Origin: a virus
Lineage: Duplodnaviria; Caudoviricetes
IMG/VR virus record: IMGVR_UViG_3300034019_000517
Location: 2,056 to 66,055 of that record
DNA: 64,000 nt
Strand: one strand, 5' to 3'
Shown here in pieces: positions 61,505 through 64,000 of the stretch. Numbering within the stretch: position 1 is the stretch's first letter; each line of letters starts with the position of its first letter. Both the position numbers and the translations under genes were made by a program. The notes under the pieces were generated by a model. That model saw only the letters and a list, made by a program, of their open reading frames with translations. It made no database searches and had not been told where the DNA came from.

Positions 61505-62280
61505 TATTTAACTGTTAAGACTCCGTCTAATTGTGACATAAGGTTAATTCTAATATCTTGGTTTTCAGGATCATCCAGGTAAGCTGCAGCTCGTTCAATA
61601 TCATAACCGATATCAGTTGTACCATGGAGATAATGACCACCTTGAACACGTAATAAGTTATTACGCACTAAGTCAGTGATTAATACTCGAGTTTTAAAGT
61701 CTTTTAGTTGAGCAAGTCGCAAAAAGTTTTCAGGGGCTACGTCAATTTCTTGCCATAGTTTGTTTTTTACAACTTCACCACTAGTTGAACTTCCATCTAA
61801 TCCTAAGAGTTTTAGATAGTTTCTCATTTCTTCGTGAGTCAACTTACTAAAAATCATGATCGCTTCAGTTTTAGTTTCAACTTTTTTGTTGGCACGTTTA
61901 GCTTCTGCATTTTCATCGGAAATAACATAGTCAGCTTTTGGAGTTACTAAAAGCCCTTCAATAGAAGGAGCTACTCGATTAGACTTAAGACATAGTTTAT
62001 AATCAATGAGATCTTTAGGATTGTTTAGATCTAGTACTAATTCTTTATTTGTCAGACGTACTGCATAATTTTTCCAGTAGTCTGAATATGGTCCTAATGT
62101 CCCTTCTTTAAGGTTCATCTTTTTTTCTAGGTCTCTCTGTTCTTTATCTGAAAGCCCAGTATCATAGCCCGACCTACCTAGTCGAGCTATGATTGTATCC
62201 TGGCATTTCGGAAAACGTTGAAAACCTGACCATACTCTCCTGTTTACAGGCTTAATGGTAATTTTACTGTTTTCGTTCAT
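61504..62280 (-). CDS. Conserved virion-associated protein downstream of the major capsid gene
   Basis: 258 aa; YWKN...LDLNNPKD motif; syntenic position next to MCP in crAss-like phages. Confidence 0.65.
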   Translation of the reverse strand: MNENSKITIKPVNRRVWSGFQRFPKCQDTIIARLGRSGYDTGLSDKEQRDLEKKMNLKEGTLGPYSDYWKNYAVRLTNKELVLDLNNPKDLIDYKLCLKSNRVAPSIEGLLVTPKADYVISDENAEAKRANKKVETKTEAIMIFSKLTHEEMRNYLKLLGLDGSSTSGEVVKNKLWQEIDVAPENFLRLAQLKDFKTRVLITDLVRNNLLRVQGGHYLHGTTDIGYDIERAAAYLDDPENQDIRINLMSQLDGVLTVK

Positions 62281-62290
62281 AAACTAAATA

Positions 62291-63754
62291 TTAACCTTTT
62301 TCGGCTGTGCAGATAAGCTCTCCACAAGCCATTGGGTTTTTAATCATAATACCGCATTCAGTAAGCATGTTTACAGAGTAACCATCCTCGTTGTTAGAAC
62401 GCATTGTTGAAACACTCTTTGCAGTGTTACCAAAAGGATCAATAGAACCTGAGGTATGCCACATAAGGTTTTCAGAATCGCGTTTGTAAACTTTCTGAAT
62501 GTTAGATTCGCCACCATGAAGACCGAAATCAAGAATTGTGAAACGGTAAGATTCAAGTGGGCGATTTGATTTGTAATGGAGTTGACGGTTAGTGACAACG
62601 TTGTCATACAATGGAAGGTGTTTAAGAGTAATACGAGTTCCGTTAAGACCTTCGTAAGTTTTAAACTGTCCACCAAGAGACAAAGATTGACCGCTACCGG
62701 TTACGAATTTAGAATCAACGAGAGTATACTGAGCAGCAGCATCTTTCATAGCACGGTCGAATTCAGCAAAACCAAATTCACCAGTAAAACATACGAAATC
62801 GCGGCTAGCTTCTGGAACAACGTTGTAAGACAAATCGATCAAAAACTCGCGGATAATATCTTCAGTAAGTTCAGTATACTCACGTTTGTTTGCCGGAGCA
62901 ATTTGTTCGCGAATACCTGCACCTTCATAAACTGGGAGATTGTTGTTACCCAACATATCTGTAACACCCTGGGCGTTTGCAGAGTAAGTAGAGTACCATA
63001 AAGAACGTTCTACTTCTTTGTACCACTGAGCAAGAGCTTCCCATTCAGCATAACGAGTCCACAATTCAGTGTCTTTTCCGCTATTAGGGTCTTTCAATTT
63101 GATGATCATAACATCAGTTGCAGCGCTACGAGATACGGTATATGCTTTACGCAAGGTAGTCATATGATTACGCATCTTGAAAGGAGTGCTGAAATGAGTT
63201 TGTCCACCTACTGAAAGTTCAGGTACGGTAGTGTATTCTTTAGAAAGTTCGCGACCTACTTCCAAAAGAGAAGGATCAACGAATGCAGTTTCTGAAGGAT
63301 TGGTAGATTTAAGAGTATACACGTATCCTTGACCGTTAAAGTAAGGATCATCGATTACTCTTACACGATAGTCACGGTCATCTAATGCAAGAACTTCTTG
63401 ATTAGCAAACCATTTTTCTGCAAGTACGATACGGAAAGTAGTACGGTTTAACCCTGGGGTTGCACCACCATCTCCGAAGTTTGCGATAATAGGAACACTT
63501 TTTTCATCGTCACCTTGTAACATCCATTCGTATTCACGATTAGAAAGTTCGGTTTTACGTCCCATACCATCAGTAAGATACTGAATAGGGTTCATACCAT
63601 AACTATATCCAAATACACGTGAAATAACGGTAGATATTAGTTGAGGCTGAGTCAGATAAGCGGAAGAAAGGTGACCTTGTACGGTTAAACCTGCATGCCA
63701 TTTTGTTTTATACAGCTGGAGGTTGTTAACACCTTGATTGACTGTTGCGGCCAT
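62291..63754 (-). CDS. Major capsid protein (HK97 fold, crAss-type)
   Basis: 487 aa; YEWML, GAGIREQI, TGEFGFAEF, HLPLYD, DGY, GIMIKNP motifs; codon usage suggests high expression; synteny. Confidence 0.88.
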   Translation of the reverse strand: MAATVNQGVNNLQLYKTKWHAGLTVQGHLSSAYLTQPQLISTVISRVFGYSYGMNPIQYLTDGMGRKTELSNREYEWMLQGDDEKSVPIIANFGDGGATPGLNRTTFRIVLAEKWFANQEVLALDDRDYRVRVIDDPYFNGQGYVYTLKSTNPSETAFVDPSLLEVGRELSKEYTTVPELSVGGQTHFSTPFKMRNHMTTLRKAYTVSRSAATDVMIIKLKDPNSGKDTELWTRYAEWEALAQWYKEVERSLWYSTYSANAQGVTDMLGNNNLPVYEGAGIREQIAPANKREYTELTEDIIREFLIDLSYNVVPEASRDFVCFTGEFGFAEFDRAMKDAAAQYTLVDSKFVTGSGQSLSLGGQFKTYEGLNGTRITLKHLPLYDNVVTNRQLHYKSNRPLESYRFTILDFGLHGGESNIQKVYKRDSENLMWHTSGSIDPFGNTAKSVSTMRSNNEDGYSVNMLTECGIMIKNPMACGELICTAEKG

Positions 63755-63775
63755 TCATAATTGTTGTTTTATTGT

Positions 63776-64000
63776 TTATTTAGCGAATCCTTCTAATACA
63801 GAAGAATCGTATCCTTTACCCGTATCACGCGTTGTTCGCTGAGTTGGGGTACCTGTTTTTGCTTTAATGTTCTGTAAATTAGCTTTTAACTTATCTACAG
63901 CTTCGCTTTCTACTTTTTTAGCAAGAGTTTTAAAATCAAACTTTGCATAATAAAGATAAGCCATGAGTAATTGTTTATCAGCATCTTGAGCATCTTTTTG
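63776..64000 (-). CDS. C-terminal part of putative scaffold-like protein (truncated by window edge)
   Basis: Frame open to the window end (...KDAQDADKQLLMAYLYYAKFDFK...); immediately upstream of MCP. Confidence 0.6.
   Translation of the reverse strand, partial: QKDAQDADKQLLMAYLYYAKFDFKTLAKKVESEAVDKLKANLQNIKAKTGTPTQRTTRDTGKGYDSSVLEGFAK

Noticed and set aside
62371-62676. Same-strand alternative-frame ORF inside the major capsid gene (possible frameshift product)
   Set aside because: No slippery site recognised, it ends before the MCP stop, and the sequence is not protein-like.
20287-63001. Many + strand ORFs of 60-178 aa antisense to the structural arm (for example 20,287-20,772 and 60,315-60,851)
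   Set aside because: They lie fully inside strong - strand genes, have shadow-like composition and no motifs.
1-64000. Stop-codon reassignment (TAG or TGA), known in some crAss-like phages
   Set aside because: Standard code gives near-complete tiling, including a 6,677-codon ORF and intact late genes; TAG and TGA act as real stops beside terminators or overlaps.

Overview
This is a 64-kb, AT-rich, almost fully coding segment of a crAss-like (Crassvirales-type) bacteriophage genome, probably infecting a Bacteroidota host. The assignment is inferred from gene content and order, not from a database search. Two gene arms converge at a hairpin terminator near 19,500. The + arm (1-19,488) carries replication and accessory genes: dUTPase, family A DNA polymerase, SF2 helicase, DnaB helicase, Sak4-like ATPase, SSB, primase, rIIA/rIIB, RusA-like resolvase, PD-(D/E)xK exonuclease, a vWA protein and a dATP/dGTP diphosphohydrolase-like protein. 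The - arm (19,539-64,000) carries virion genes: partial scaffold-like protein, major capsid, ring/tail proteins, fibres, a lysis cassette, tail muzzle and cargo proteins. It also holds a single 6,677-aa polyprotein with a crAss-type virion RNA polymerase (DFDVD), an HExxH zincin and a RecD-like SF1 helicase. The most striking part of that polyprotein is an internal array of apparently exchangeable domains, two of them bracketed by the same helical N-cap and C-cap motifs (IEAK...R(K)Q(E)EL and KI.AKYDA...ELA). No tRNA, rRNA, CRISPR array, integrase, intron or stop-codon recoding was recognised. All product calls are from motif recognition by eye.
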